DNA of 40,824 nt from a virus (IMGVR_UViG_2563366969_000004:1-40824); one strand, 5' to 3'. Counted from the stretch's first letter, positions 8,108 to 17,962 are shown. The notes: generated by a model from the sequence alone, not told the origin. Made by a program: numbers and translations.

Positions 8108-8818
8108 ATGGCTAATGCTCAAACTTCCATCTTCAAATTTGAATCTGTTAACCCTATCCGTTCCATCATTATCGATGGCCAACCATGGTTTGTAGCCCAA
8201 GACGTTTGTAGTGCGCTGCGTATCCAAAACGTCACCCAAGCACTTGAAAAACTGGATGATGATGAAAGGTCTATGTTCAACATAGGGCATGAACATCGTG
8301 CAATTTTTGACAGCCGAGTAAAAGAGATCAACATCATCTCCGAGTCAGGCCTCTACACACTGATCCTCAGCTGCCGCGACGCAGTGACACCAGGCACTAT
8401 CCCCTACCGCTTTCGTAAATGGGTTACAGGTGAGGTTCTTCCTCAGATCCGCCGCACCGGAAGTTACATAAAAAACTCGCTCCCGCAAGAAGAACGCATA
8501 AAGATGGTTGCCGACCAGGTAGCCAACGCCACGGCGTCAGCAGTAATGCAGGCGATGAAGATAGAGAACAAAACCTACAGTGCCCCACTGAAGCCCGGCT
8601 ACCGCAGCCTGATTCACTCGCCGTCTGGTGTTCTCGGCCTGACGGAGAACTCACTGCTGATGAATCTGTTGAACCAGTTACAGGAAGACGGGCACGACGT
8701 ATCGGGCGCGGCGGCGGAGCTGACCACCATGTTCTGCTACATCGTCGGTGTGAGCAAATGCCTGCGTGATATCCAGACCCACGCGGAGTACATCAACGAC
8801 AAGGCAGGGTTCTTCTGA
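8108..8818 (+). CDS. Bro-N domain antirepressor-like protein (Ant-like)
   Basis: N-terminal Bro-N/KilA-N-like motif (IFKFES...IRSIIIDGQPWFVAQDVCSALRI...) ; C-terminal domain homologous to 6702..6959 product; ATG 8108 with SD GGAG (the six-frame ORF starts at GTG 8093). Confidence 0.7.
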   Translation: MANAQTSIFKFESVNPIRSIIIDGQPWFVAQDVCSALRIQNVTQALEKLDDDERSMFNIGHEHRAIFDSRVKEINIISESGLYTLILSCRDAVTPGTIPYRFRKWVTGEVLPQIRRTGSYIKNSLPQEERIKMVADQVANATASAVMQAMKIENKTYSAPLKPGYRSLIHSPSGVLGLTENSLLMNLLNQLQEDGHDVSGAAAELTTMFCYIVGVSKCLRDIQTHAEYINDKAGFF

Positions 8819-8889
8819 CGGCGGCGGCACAGGGATGTGCCTTTAAATAATTCTGTACGATTGCAGACCGGGGGGTGAATAGAGTACTA

Positions 8890-8904
8890 TTACCTTACGG
8901 GTGA
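8890..8904. promoter_or_regulatory. Imperfect TTACC-N5-GGTGA palindrome overlapping candidate promoter
   Basis: TTGCAG (8861..8866) - 17 bp - GTACTA promoter-like elements immediately upstream; site overlaps -10/+1. Confidence 0.35.
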
Positions 8905-8992
8905 TCCATAGCGATTAGGCACCGATACAGGAGGAGCCCACATGAGAAAATTTGACGAGTACGAAGGCGTTTAACATTCGGATAGTTTAATG

Positions 8993-9015
8993 ACGGGGCC
9001 ATTAGGCCCCGTTTT
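8993..9015 (+). terminator. Hairpin/attenuator in leader of 9034 gene
   Basis: ACGGGGCC-atta-GGCCCCGT followed by TTT; preceded by 10-codon mini-ORF (8942..8974) with SD AGGAGG. Confidence 0.35.
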
Positions 9016-9033
9016 CATGTCTGGAGACAGTTT

Positions 9034-9573
9034 GTGTTAAGTGAAGAAATGCAATTTGCCATGGCTGTGGCTCAAATCGTAAGTGCAGTCGCGGTTTCGC
9101 TTGGCTTGTTCATAGCTATCGCTACTATTATTTATAATGTAAATACAGCGAGAAAAGTACACACTTCAGTATTCCTTGGTGAAAGCAGGTTTGATGTAGA
9201 TTATAAGAAAGGCCTATCTACTATGCGCCGCATTCACGAGTCGAACAAATCATTCCGCTCTTATATGTATCCAAGCAATGGGCAGGCTGATCTTACGGAT
9301 GAAGAAAAGATAGAGAAGAGAGAAATAATTTACTGTCTAGGTTTCTACGAACGCATGGCTGTGAGCGTGAAGCGGAAAACTTATGATGAGACCATGATTA
9401 AGGAAGTATTTTACAGCTCCGTTGTAAATAACTATCAGATTGCGCTACCTCTTATACAAGCTATTAGAGAAAAAGAAAACATAAACACATATTTTAAAGA
9501 ATATGAATGGTTGGCCACACGATGGAAGGATTGTCCATTGAAGGATAAATCCCCGTGGTACAAGTTTTGGTAA
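9034..9573 (+). CDS. Membrane-anchored hypothetical protein (179 aa); candidate superinfection-exclusion or abortive-infection factor
   Basis: N-terminal TM helix then about 140-aa soluble domain; AT-rich by eye relative to flanking phage genes; own terminator; opposite strand to late operon; start GTG 9034 (SD GGAGACAG) or ATG 9049. Confidence 0.6.
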   Translation: MLSEEMQFAMAVAQIVSAVAVSLGLFIAIATIIYNVNTARKVHTSVFLGESRFDVDYKKGLSTMRRIHESNKSFRSYMYPSNGQADLTDEEKIEKREIIYCLGFYERMAVSVKRKTYDETMIKEVFYSSVVNNYQIALPLIQAIREKENINTYFKEYEWLATRWKDCPLKDKSPWYKFW

Positions 9574-9596
9574 GCCCGCGCTGCGGGCTTTTTTGT
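9574..9596 (+). terminator. Rho-independent terminator
   Basis: GCCCGC-gct-GCGGGC followed by T6. Confidence 0.7.
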
Positions 9597-9633
9597 GTCT
9601 GCGGATTCCCGCCCGGGTGGCGGTGGCATTCGT

Positions 9634-9659
9634 TAAAAACAAGGCCGCGAAAGCGGCCT
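9634..9659 (-). terminator. Rho-independent terminator for minus-strand small membrane gene
   Basis: AGGCCGC-gaaa-GCGGCCT with T-run on minus strand. Confidence 0.55.
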
Positions 9660-9671
9660 GTGACATGTCAC
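9660..9671. repeat. 12-bp perfect palindrome GTGACATGTCAC, copy 1
   Basis: Exact match; abuts terminator hairpin; overlaps stop codon of 9668..9964 gene. Confidence 0.7.
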
Positions 9672-9964
9672 GTCCCTTTTCTGAATGATAGCCATTCGAA
9701 AAATGATGACATTCCACCGCAGACAATAGCAAAGATGATCCCACCAAAGAAGAGAAGGCCAGCCTGCCACCACTCCCACCGCCATACATCCACAGCGCCA
9801 ACCATACCAACAATCGCTCCAACAAATGGAATATAGCTCACGATGAAAGCAATGGGGGCTGCAATTATCCAGTGCAATCCCCACCATGATTCAAGCCCAG
9901 CCATAATTGCTGCCAACTGAAAAAGACCAACGACGATATAAACAATGAATCCTATAGCTTGCAT
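9668..9964 (-). CDS. Small multi-TM membrane protein (98 aa), unknown function
   Basis: ATG 9962..9964 (complement) with SD AGGTGA; about 3-4 hydrophobic helices, Trp-rich loop. Confidence 0.5.
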   Translation of the reverse strand: MQAIGFIVYIVVGLFQLAAIMAGLESWWGLHWIIAAPIAFIVSYIPFVGAIVGMVGAVDVWRWEWWQAGLLFFGGIIFAIVCGGMSSFFEWLSFRKGT

Positions 9965-10160
9965 GTAGTCACCTAATTTACCCAGTAAAAATAAGAGGCC
10001 TCCCCTCAATAAGGCTTGCAACAAGAACTACTCCCTGCACAACAAAGATGAACCAGCAAATAGCTTGAGTCTGAGGGTTAAGAAAATATTTGTAGCGGTC
10101 AATAAATAACAATCCACCAGAAATTATCACACTCAAAATAATTAAAAACACAACACTTCC

Positions 10161-12635
10161 TTATTGCGGAGTGACATCCTGTGGTCGCCACCAGTATGTC
10201 TGGTTAAACTCTTTCTTCGAACGTTGCTCCATTTTACGCAAATAGCCTGGTGAAAAATACTCCTGCATCTGGTTAAAGATCATGTGATCGAGAGCCGCCT
10301 TCAAGTACCAGAGATTCGCACCAGGCATCAAACCTTTCCCCAGCTTCACCAGATCACCACCAGTCTGCTCACTCTTCCCTTCCACAGCATTTAACGGTAT
10401 GCCCTGAGCAATCTTCACTACGTCATCAACCAGACCAGCTACCGGGCCAAGCATCGACGCCAGCGCGCCGCTTCCGTACCTAGTGTGATCTGACAATAAA
10501 AAGTCACCGTAAAGGCCAAGACCACCACCTTTCAGTAGAGCACCAAGCCAGAATTTTGCGGCATCTTCTCCTGTCATCTCTCGAGGATTACGACCAGACG
10601 CAAGGTCGTTAAGTTGCTGCGACAAAGCGCCAAGAATGGTCGTACTGGCAATAAACGTCGCAATATATGCCGCACGCCCACCAGCAGACGGCATACCCAT
10701 AGCGCGTGACCAGTGACGCATAACAACCGAGATAGGGAACGATTTAAACAGGAAAACACTTCTCGTTAATTCACCTTTCCATGTTCCACGCTGAATACCA
10801 GAACCGGTTATCAGTTGCTCACGTGCTCCCGGTGTAATAACAGCCATATCAACTTCTTCAGTTACGGCACCGAGCAGTTTACGCATTGCCTCAAATTTCA
10901 CGCGTTCAGGCTCACCAAGATGTTTAACTGCTGAATCAGGGATACGCATAATGCTTTCCGGTGTCAGCATCGTATTATTACCGTTCCCCCAGTCCTCCTG
11001 TTTCGCCAGCTTCCATACGCTCCAGTCTGTGTCAGTAATCCCTTTGCTTTTCAGGATACGAAAATCAGAGTCATCGAGGCTACGAAGGTCTGGTGTCCGT
11101 GACACTACTTCTCCCAGGCTTCCCATCATGGTTACGCCATAGGCGCGCTTGTGCGCATCTGACCATGCTGTAAGCCCACTGGCACGCATTACCGCCGTTG
11201 CCGCCCAACGAGACACTGACGGCCCCATATTATCCATCGCCCAGCGGTTAACGCTGCCAAGTAGAGATTCCATCGCCAGACCAGCGCGGCGCGCCCGCGC
11301 AAGTTCTGTACGGTTCGTTGGGTCCATAGCTTCAAGCTGGTTGCGGAATAACTGGTTCATTGGAAGGTTGGTAACCTTCGCAGACAGATACATGGTTCCA
11401 AGATCAGAGAACGATGACAGCAACGCGGATCCGAGTCTGCTGGCAACCAGCCAGTTGCGGATATTGTCAGACCATCGCGCGATGTGCGGATTCGCTACAG
11501 GCTGTGTCTTTCCGGAAATAAAGTTGTACAGATTCTCTGTGTTGTTCGCCAGCCGCTCGACTTTACCGGTTTTACTCGGGTTAGCTGTTGCCGTTTCTGC
11601 CTTCACCTGATCAAGAAGAGAGCGGAAAACATGATCGGGGTTTGGGCCATATGTTTCCACCAGTGCAATATCTTTACTGATACCTTCCAGGTGACCGACC
11701 ATGATTTCCCATAGAGAGCGATCGCCATAAAGTTGCTGATATTGCAGATAGGAATCTGCATCTTTGAAATGTATCTGTCGTGATGCATTACCCCGGTTAG
11801 CACGTGCGCCGGAAATTCGCATTCCGGTATCAGTAAGCTTATTCAGCCCACCAGTAGCGATCGTGTTATAAGCCTCTCCAAGAAATGCAGACAACTCGGC
11901 ATCGTTCATCAGTTGTCCATCGACTCGGGTATAATATTTGCGATCCAGCTTACCTATAACATCGCTAACCCACTTATCCTTTGATACCGCCCCAACCTTT
12001 TCCATAGAATGATGTTGAGGGAGCCCCCAGTTTTCGAGATAGCCAATGTCCCCACCAGCATCATTAAACCGGCGGCGCAGTAGCTCTGTCACTTCTCTCC
12101 ACGCCTTAGCACCTTTTCTTGCTTTAGCATTGCCAGTATTTTGCCCTCGCATTTCATATACCAGGTCACGCACGCCAGCTTCATCTTCAAACAGGCCAAA
12201 AAAGCGAGGATCAACTGCTTCAAATGCCTCCTGCAATTGACTCAATGCATAATCACGAGTGGCTTTTGTTCTGGATTCAACAGAGAGGAAATTCGATTTA
12301 CCGTCTGCATTAAAAGCAATAGTACGGTTAAGAGCGCCAAGTTTCCCATCAGCCCCTTGATAGCTATTGATAAATTTATCCAATCTCTGACGTGCGGCTA
12401 TAGTGAGGGCCACACGACGTTTCTTTAATGCCGCTTCTCGCTGTAATTCTTCAGATGCCAATTGTGCTGCTCGATATAGCCGCTCTGATTCGGAAAGTTG
12501 TCGCCACGACATAGGGTCATCACGAGCAATGGAGCGCATATTTCGATAAATGCGGTCTTCAATGTTCTGTATTTCTCGCGCCGTTAACATGCGCTGCGCC
12601 GCCTGCTGAACCGCTTGTATACATTCCTGTCTCAT
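10161..12635 (-). CDS. Internal virion / DNA-ejection protein (large)
   Basis: 824 aa, last gene of structural operon, position and size as for podovirus core/ejection proteins. Confidence 0.6.
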   Translation of the reverse strand: MRQECIQAVQQAAQRMLTAREIQNIEDRIYRNMRSIARDDPMSWRQLSESERLYRAAQLASEELQREAALKKRRVALTIAARQRLDKFINSYQGADGKLGALNRTIAFNADGKSNFLSVESRTKATRDYALSQLQEAFEAVDPRFFGLFEDEAGVRDLVYEMRGQNTGNAKARKGAKAWREVTELLRRRFNDAGGDIGYLENWGLPQHHSMEKVGAVSKDKWVSDVIGKLDRKYYTRVDGQLMNDAELSAFLGEAYNTIATGGLNKLTDTGMRISGARANRGNASRQIHFKDADSYLQYQQLYGDRSLWEIMVGHLEGISKDIALVETYGPNPDHVFRSLLDQVKAETATANPSKTGKVERLANNTENLYNFISGKTQPVANPHIARWSDNIRNWLVASRLGSALLSSFSDLGTMYLSAKVTNLPMNQLFRNQLEAMDPTNRTELARARRAGLAMESLLGSVNRWAMDNMGPSVSRWAATAVMRASGLTAWSDAHKRAYGVTMMGSLGEVVSRTPDLRSLDDSDFRILKSKGITDTDWSVWKLAKQEDWGNGNNTMLTPESIMRIPDSAVKHLGEPERVKFEAMRKLLGAVTEEVDMAVITPGAREQLITGSGIQRGTWKGELTRSVFLFKSFPISVVMRHWSRAMGMPSAGGRAAYIATFIASTTILGALSQQLNDLASGRNPREMTGEDAAKFWLGALLKGGGLGLYGDFLLSDHTRYGSGALASMLGPVAGLVDDVVKIAQGIPLNAVEGKSEQTGGDLVKLGKGLMPGANLWYLKAALDHMIFNQMQEYFSPGYLRKMEQRSKKEFNQTYWWRPQDVTPQ

Positions 12636-12640
12636 TTAAT

Positions 12641-14443
12641 TTAACCTCTCAAGAAACACGCCACAGCGACATCAAACAGGCTGGAATCCTGTATTGCCTG
12701 CTCACTTTCCCTGTTCGCTTCATCCAGTGCTTCACGCGCACTGCGCGATTGTGGATTACCATCATCATCCAGCACGGTGATTATCATGTCAGGTGATTCA
12801 AGCAGCGAGTCTTCAGCTATGCGCAGATCAATATCTCCTGCCGGATCTGCCATCATTTTTTGTTCTGTCTGTTGCAATATCTTACCGGGCTCAAAAGGAG
12901 CTACTTCTTCTGGCGTCCTGACCTCTGCTGTTTTATAGAATGAAACAGCCTGAGCATTAAGTTCACTTTCTGCCTGCTGTCGTCGTGCCAGTTCTGCTCG
13001 AGCTTCAAAAAACTGACCTCCAGGCTCGTGCGGCGCCAACGCGTTACGAGAAAATTCCAGGCGTTCTTGTGCCTGCCGGATTCGTTGGTCAATATCGCGA
13101 AGTCTGGCCTGTTTATCTGATCGAGCACGAGATAAAGCCTTACCGCTACCGGTTGGCTCTTCTGCAAGAATTTGTGCGCGCTGTTCAGTGAGATTTTCAA
13201 TAATTCGTTGGCTATTAGCGATTTCAGACTGGTAAACCTTTCTATCGCCACGCGACAAAAGCTGCGCGGCCTGTTCTTCAAGCAACCGATTTTCTATAGC
13301 GCGCGCCGTTACTCCATCATCTACAGATGACAGAGCCTCATTAACTGCCTGAGACAGCAGACTCTTGCGCCCAGGAATTTCACTGAAAGATGCAGACTCA
13401 ACAATGCTGGCAACGTCTACAGGTCTCCCCTGGCTAACATCAGACATGGCTTTTCGCAGAGCCTGAATGTGCGAATTACGCGAAAGCACGTTGATCGGAA
13501 CGCCGGGAGCAATATCAATTTCAGCATGATGAGCGGCATTCGCCGCCAGTGCAGCATCAATATCAACTGGTGAAAAATTTGGTGCGCTTGTAGACTCGCC
13601 GCGAGAGTTAATAAATCTGCCGACACCACCAAACGCCACCCCAAGAACAGCATCAATAGCAATTGCCTGTCGATCCAACACATCATACTGGTTAGCCATT
13701 TCGCTATAGCCACCATCACGAAGCGTTTTTGCAGTAAGCCCACGCTGTGCCATACCGAACGCAATATTTGTACCTGCGGCATAGGCAATATCTGGCGTTG
13801 CACGTATTGCTGTTGCTGCGGCGCGTCGCACTGAACTTTCACCCGTCCGCGCAAGCTGAGCCGCCACACCTTCCGCCAGCGCACCACCAGCACGTAACCC
13901 GAGGCTCATAGGGATCAGTGTTCCGGCACCAGCAGTAATACCCTGCACTAATCCCGCTTCCTGCGCCGTCCTGAAATCAACACCCTGTGCTGTCAACCGT
14001 TCAAACTCAGAAAAACCCTGTAGAGAAGTTACCGCCGCAGCACCTCCGACCGGACCACCGAGCGTTGTACCGACAACAGCCTGCCCGCCCATATCGAACA
14101 ACCCATAAAGGACCTGCCCGGCGGTTCCGGTTGTCGCGGCATCAGGCGTCAGCCGCTTAACCTGCTGCTCTGCTAGTTTTCTCTGCTCAGCAATGTATGA
14201 AACTGAAGTGTCATTGAGCGAGGTGTTTTCGTTAACAAGCTGAGCAATCGGGGATACGATTTTATCCATCCCTGCCCATAGCAACTGATCTGGCTTTGCC
14301 ACCAGCCCGGAGTACAAACCAGACAATGCCGCTCCTACAGCATTGTCGAAAAAACCAACATCGCTGTTAAAGCCAACTGGATTTGATGCTGCTTCGTCAA
14401 GCTGCTGATTCTGGTTTACTGGATTAAGGCCAAAGTAACTCAT
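12641..14443 (-). CDS. Internal virion / ejection protein
   Basis: 600 aa, Ala/Gly-rich, translationally coupled to upstream gene. Confidence 0.55.
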   Translation of the reverse strand: MSYFGLNPVNQNQQLDEAASNPVGFNSDVGFFDNAVGAALSGLYSGLVAKPDQLLWAGMDKIVSPIAQLVNENTSLNDTSVSYIAEQRKLAEQQVKRLTPDAATTGTAGQVLYGLFDMGGQAVVGTTLGGPVGGAAAVTSLQGFSEFERLTAQGVDFRTAQEAGLVQGITAGAGTLIPMSLGLRAGGALAEGVAAQLARTGESSVRRAAATAIRATPDIAYAAGTNIAFGMAQRGLTAKTLRDGGYSEMANQYDVLDRQAIAIDAVLGVAFGGVGRFINSRGESTSAPNFSPVDIDAALAANAAHHAEIDIAPGVPINVLSRNSHIQALRKAMSDVSQGRPVDVASIVESASFSEIPGRKSLLSQAVNEALSSVDDGVTARAIENRLLEEQAAQLLSRGDRKVYQSEIANSQRIIENLTEQRAQILAEEPTGSGKALSRARSDKQARLRDIDQRIRQAQERLEFSRNALAPHEPGGQFFEARAELARRQQAESELNAQAVSFYKTAEVRTPEEVAPFEPGKILQQTEQKMMADPAGDIDLRIAEDSLLESPDMIITVLDDDGNPQSRSAREALDEANRESEQAIQDSSLFDVAVACFLRG

Positions 14444-16953
14444 TGCGGAATATCTCCGGAGAATCTCTGACGCTTCTGTGTCAGATCAAGAACAACGGGA
14501 GAACCATCATCTTTTAGCAGATAACCAGTACCAAGTTTCACCAGGTACTGACTATCGCCGTAACTTTGCAAACCATACTGACCAGGCGGTGTTTTTATCC
14601 CTGTGCCAACAACTTGTTCATTCCAAGCCTGATTAACCTGCTTATCGAATTGCTCTGCAGACATTCCCCACGGCAAAAGAACATTCCCCATTCCGTTATA
14701 GTCATGCACGCCACCTGTAGCTACGTTAACAGCCTGTTTCCAGATATCATTGTCAATTTCGCCTGATACCACGCCTTTTTTCGCCATCACACCAGCGTAA
14801 TAGTCCTTTGCGATCTCGTATGCCATTGATGCCCCCTGAGCATCACCAGCAAATGCATTCTTCACCATGTCAGAAAACTCAAGGCGAAGATCAGCATCTT
14901 TAGGCATCGGAATACCTTTCGCGTCATCAGTACCTTTACGAGCCGCCGCGCCAGCAAGAATTGTCTGCGCAGCGGTTTCTGGAGACACGGAAACATCCGG
15001 ATTAAACCAGTTTTTTTCTGCCAAAATACCACCTGGCTTATCCATCAGTATCCCGGCAACGGCAGCAGATGGAGCGTTGGCACTGATCTGCTGTAGTGCT
15101 GACATATACACCTGCCCACCACCAGTGCTCTGCCTGATGGTATCGAGATATGCTGCCTGTTGGGAAACGGGCGCATCACGAAAGAAAACACCGATCTGAT
15201 TGGCCTCGTCTTTGGAAAAGAACGTCAGTGGAGTGCCATATGACTTAGCAAGGTCACTGACCTGAGCAGCACGCAAGGCAACGCTCTGTCCAAAGTTATC
15301 CTTATTGCTCATGTCGATAGGCTTTGCCTGTCCGGCGGCAAGAGAGAACTGTACAGGATCAGCCTGTCGCTGCTTTATCACCTGACTTGCAGCCGACACA
15401 ACGTTGTCATAAAGAGCGGCTCGTGCCGCATAACCCTCCCCTGTCTCACCAGTATCCGGGCGTAATTGCTCAACATATGCTGTAATGCTGCTTGTCGGCA
15501 TGTTGCGGAAAGAGCCTATATACTGTCCGGCGATTTGCGTATTTCTGAACTCGGTATATCGCAGGTTTCCTTCTCTTACTCCATAAGCTGCAATAAAATC
15601 AGCCTCACCAGGTGGGTTAGGAAATTCAACGCCACGCATATACGCAGCTGTCGCATCGCGAACCTGGCTGTCAATCATCGTTTTATATTCAGCCTGCTGC
15701 TGCCGACGCAGTTGATCCGCCTGTCGCATAAAACTTGCCTGCGCCTCAGGAGATGCCGCATCGAATGCTGCATTACCGGTATAGCGTTTGGTGTTGGTTG
15801 GAATTGTTGATAAACCAAGTGCTGCACTGACACCAGCAGTTAACTGCTGATCACTGTATGGCTGGCTACCGTTCTCATGATGGATAATGGCTGCACAAAG
15901 CGCCTTCAGGGTATCAGGATTAGATGCATCGAGAGGCTCATCAGCAGAAACGCCAAGTTGTTCGCACACTGCTTTGATATACGACATAGTGTCATTTTTA
16001 TCAGTAGGCGGTGCCCAGCGATTAATTATCTCGCTGACGGTATCAATACCCTGCCTCTGATACGACATCAGGTTCCGCCCTAATGCACGAATCCCGTGTT
16101 CAGGTGTTTCGAATTTAGCAAATCGACCATCATCACCGGTCTGGCCTACCCACGGATTAGTTTTGCTGTATTCGAGATTTCCTGGGTTATTGTTGCGTAT
16201 GCCACGGGCACGCTCGGAAGAGTCACTATCTGCTACAGCACGGCGAGCTCCAGCAGCAGTATCACTTAACTCGCCATTACTTTGGATGAATGCGGTCGCA
16301 TTGTTTGCCGACCACTGGGACAATGCAGCATCAGCAACCTTCTCTTTAAACTCGATTTTCTTGGCCTGGATTTGCTCGTCACTCCAGCCATGTGCAATGC
16401 CGTAATCCTCAATTTGCTGGAAAGTTTGCTTATTAGCCAATACGTATGCGGCGTTGTCGCCATACAATGCTGCGGCATTTTTACCATTGTTCAGCAGCGT
16501 AGCCTGAAACTGGCCTTCTTCGTAGGCATTTATTTGCCCTATCTCGTGCCGCCCGGCCTGCGTAGTGAACTGAATGCGCTGCTGCTGCGCCTGCTGCATG
16601 AAAGCATTACGAGCCTGTTCATCCGGCAGCGACATAGCCAGTTGTTCGACCTGAGCATCAAACTGCTGCGTATACTCCTGACCTTTTCCAATAGCATTTT
16701 TCCCTTTCAGGTTAAGCAATCCTGTTTCAGGATTATTCAGCAGATCACTGCTTATCTGACTGAGGTTAAGAGATGCCTCCTGAGCCAGAGCGATATTGGC
16801 ACGCTGTTTTGCCTGACCAAAAACATCAATTGCCTCTGTCCCTGCCCGAACAAAAGCATCACCAATACCTGGCTGAGAAAACGTCTGCAAGCCTGCTGAC
16901 TGAACTCCACGGCTCTGAACCTGACGGCCGGATACTGTTGGTACGACTGGCAT
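14440..16953 (-). CDS. Internal virion protein, possibly with cell-wall-degrading segment
   Basis: ATG at 16951..16953 (complement) with SD GGAGG and TAATG coupling to upstream gene (the six-frame ORF start at 17028 overlaps the upstream gene by 75 nt); contains RNNNPGNL motif whose hydrolase assignment I cannot confirm. Confidence 0.55.
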   Translation of the reverse strand: MPVVPTVSGRQVQSRGVQSAGLQTFSQPGIGDAFVRAGTEAIDVFGQAKQRANIALAQEASLNLSQISSDLLNNPETGLLNLKGKNAIGKGQEYTQQFDAQVEQLAMSLPDEQARNAFMQQAQQQRIQFTTQAGRHEIGQINAYEEGQFQATLLNNGKNAAALYGDNAAYVLANKQTFQQIEDYGIAHGWSDEQIQAKKIEFKEKVADAALSQWSANNATAFIQSNGELSDTAAGARRAVADSDSSERARGIRNNNPGNLEYSKTNPWVGQTGDDGRFAKFETPEHGIRALGRNLMSYQRQGIDTVSEIINRWAPPTDKNDTMSYIKAVCEQLGVSADEPLDASNPDTLKALCAAIIHHENGSQPYSDQQLTAGVSAALGLSTIPTNTKRYTGNAAFDAASPEAQASFMRQADQLRRQQQAEYKTMIDSQVRDATAAYMRGVEFPNPPGEADFIAAYGVREGNLRYTEFRNTQIAGQYIGSFRNMPTSSITAYVEQLRPDTGETGEGYAARAALYDNVVSAASQVIKQRQADPVQFSLAAGQAKPIDMSNKDNFGQSVALRAAQVSDLAKSYGTPLTFFSKDEANQIGVFFRDAPVSQQAAYLDTIRQSTGGGQVYMSALQQISANAPSAAVAGILMDKPGGILAEKNWFNPDVSVSPETAAQTILAGAAARKGTDDAKGIPMPKDADLRLEFSDMVKNAFAGDAQGASMAYEIAKDYYAGVMAKKGVVSGEIDNDIWKQAVNVATGGVHDYNGMGNVLLPWGMSAEQFDKQVNQAWNEQVVGTGIKTPPGQYGLQSYGDSQYLVKLGTGYLLKDDGSPVVLDLTQKRQRFSGDIPQ

Positions 16954-17498
16954 TATAATCCTCCGGGTAATCTGGTTCCTGCTGCTGCCCCGATTGGCGC
17001 AGGAGTGCTTTGAGTAAACGGACTCCACGTCCCACCAAACATCTGGTACGCACCGTATGCCTTCAGAGGCGCAGTGAGCAATGTTGTTGCTGCTCCCACA
17101 TTCCCCTGTTTACGGGCTGAACTGGCTTCTGCTTTATAGTTGGCAGCCTGAACCTGATAACCGTAAGCCTCGCGTTGCGCGTTATTCACCGTCGTCAGAG
17201 AATCAAGAGCGCCAAACTGGGCAGTGTCGCCAAATATATCCAGCGCGTTACCTGTAGATAAATCAGCGCCGGTAGCCCCCATTGTCGCCGCCTGTGTACC
17301 AAGCCGCTGTCGGGTCTCTCTGCGCCGTTGCTCAGCTTCAGCGTTACCTCTGTTTATTGCATCATTTGCCTGAGCTGTGGCTATATCTGCGTTCGCTTCT
17401 GCAACCTTCGAGGCATACTTTCCCTGTTGGTACTGGGTGTATGCCTGAATGCCACTCATGGCGAGCATTGCGCCACCAGCAATAACCGGATCGCACAT
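16953..17498 (-). CDS. Virion protein (internal core protein candidate)
   Basis: 181 aa, Ala/Gln-rich, within structural operon. Confidence 0.5.
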   Translation of the reverse strand: MCDPVIAGGAMLAMSGIQAYTQYQQGKYASKVAEANADIATAQANDAINRGNAEAEQRRRETRQRLGTQAATMGATGADLSTGNALDIFGDTAQFGALDSLTTVNNAQREAYGYQVQAANYKAEASSARKQGNVGAATTLLTAPLKAYGAYQMFGGTWSPFTQSTPAPIGAAAGTRLPGGL

Positions 17499-17962
17499 TA
17501 TTTTCTCTCCATGTGAAATCTGTGGAAATTAAGACCAAGAGCACCATAAGGCGCGGCTTCTTCAAGCCTGAATCCAAGCCAGTGCAGCCATGCTTTGGCA
17601 ACATGGTTTCGCTCGTCGACATAGTTTTCCAGGCGCGGATAAACTGCCAGCATCTGCTGCAATACAGGGCGGCAGTGGCGAAGAAATGTCTTCTGATATT
17701 TTTCGATACGGCTGGTTCCGACCAGCCAGGGCGTACCATTGCCACCGATCATTGACGCCGGAGATACGCCAAACATGGTTACCAGTTCTCCGTTCGCAAA
17801 TCCTGACCAGGCCATAGTCGCAGTACGCAGACCAACACGCAGCGCATCTTCGGTAGTCATCAGTGATACCGCATACAGTTCGTCAATATCAGCCTGACGA
17901 ACATCCGGCAAAATCATCTGAAGATGCTCTTCGGTTGCGGGAATAATTTGAACATCTATCAT
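17498..17962 (-). CDS. Virion protein, unknown function
   Basis: 154 aa, within structural operon between tail tube gene and core proteins. Confidence 0.45.
   Translation of the reverse strand: MIDVQIIPATEEHLQMILPDVRQADIDELYAVSLMTTEDALRVGLRTATMAWSGFANGELVTMFGVSPASMIGGNGTPWLVGTSRIEKYQKTFLRHCRPVLQQMLAVYPRLENYVDERNHVAKAWLHWLGFRLEEAAPYGALGLNFHRFHMERK

Noticed and set aside
9604-9627. GC-rich inverted repeat CCGCC-cgggt-GGCGG resembling the stem of the terminator at 34246..34262
   Set aside because: Short GC-rich stems of this kind arise easily; only two copies and no T-run here, so not treated as a distinct element
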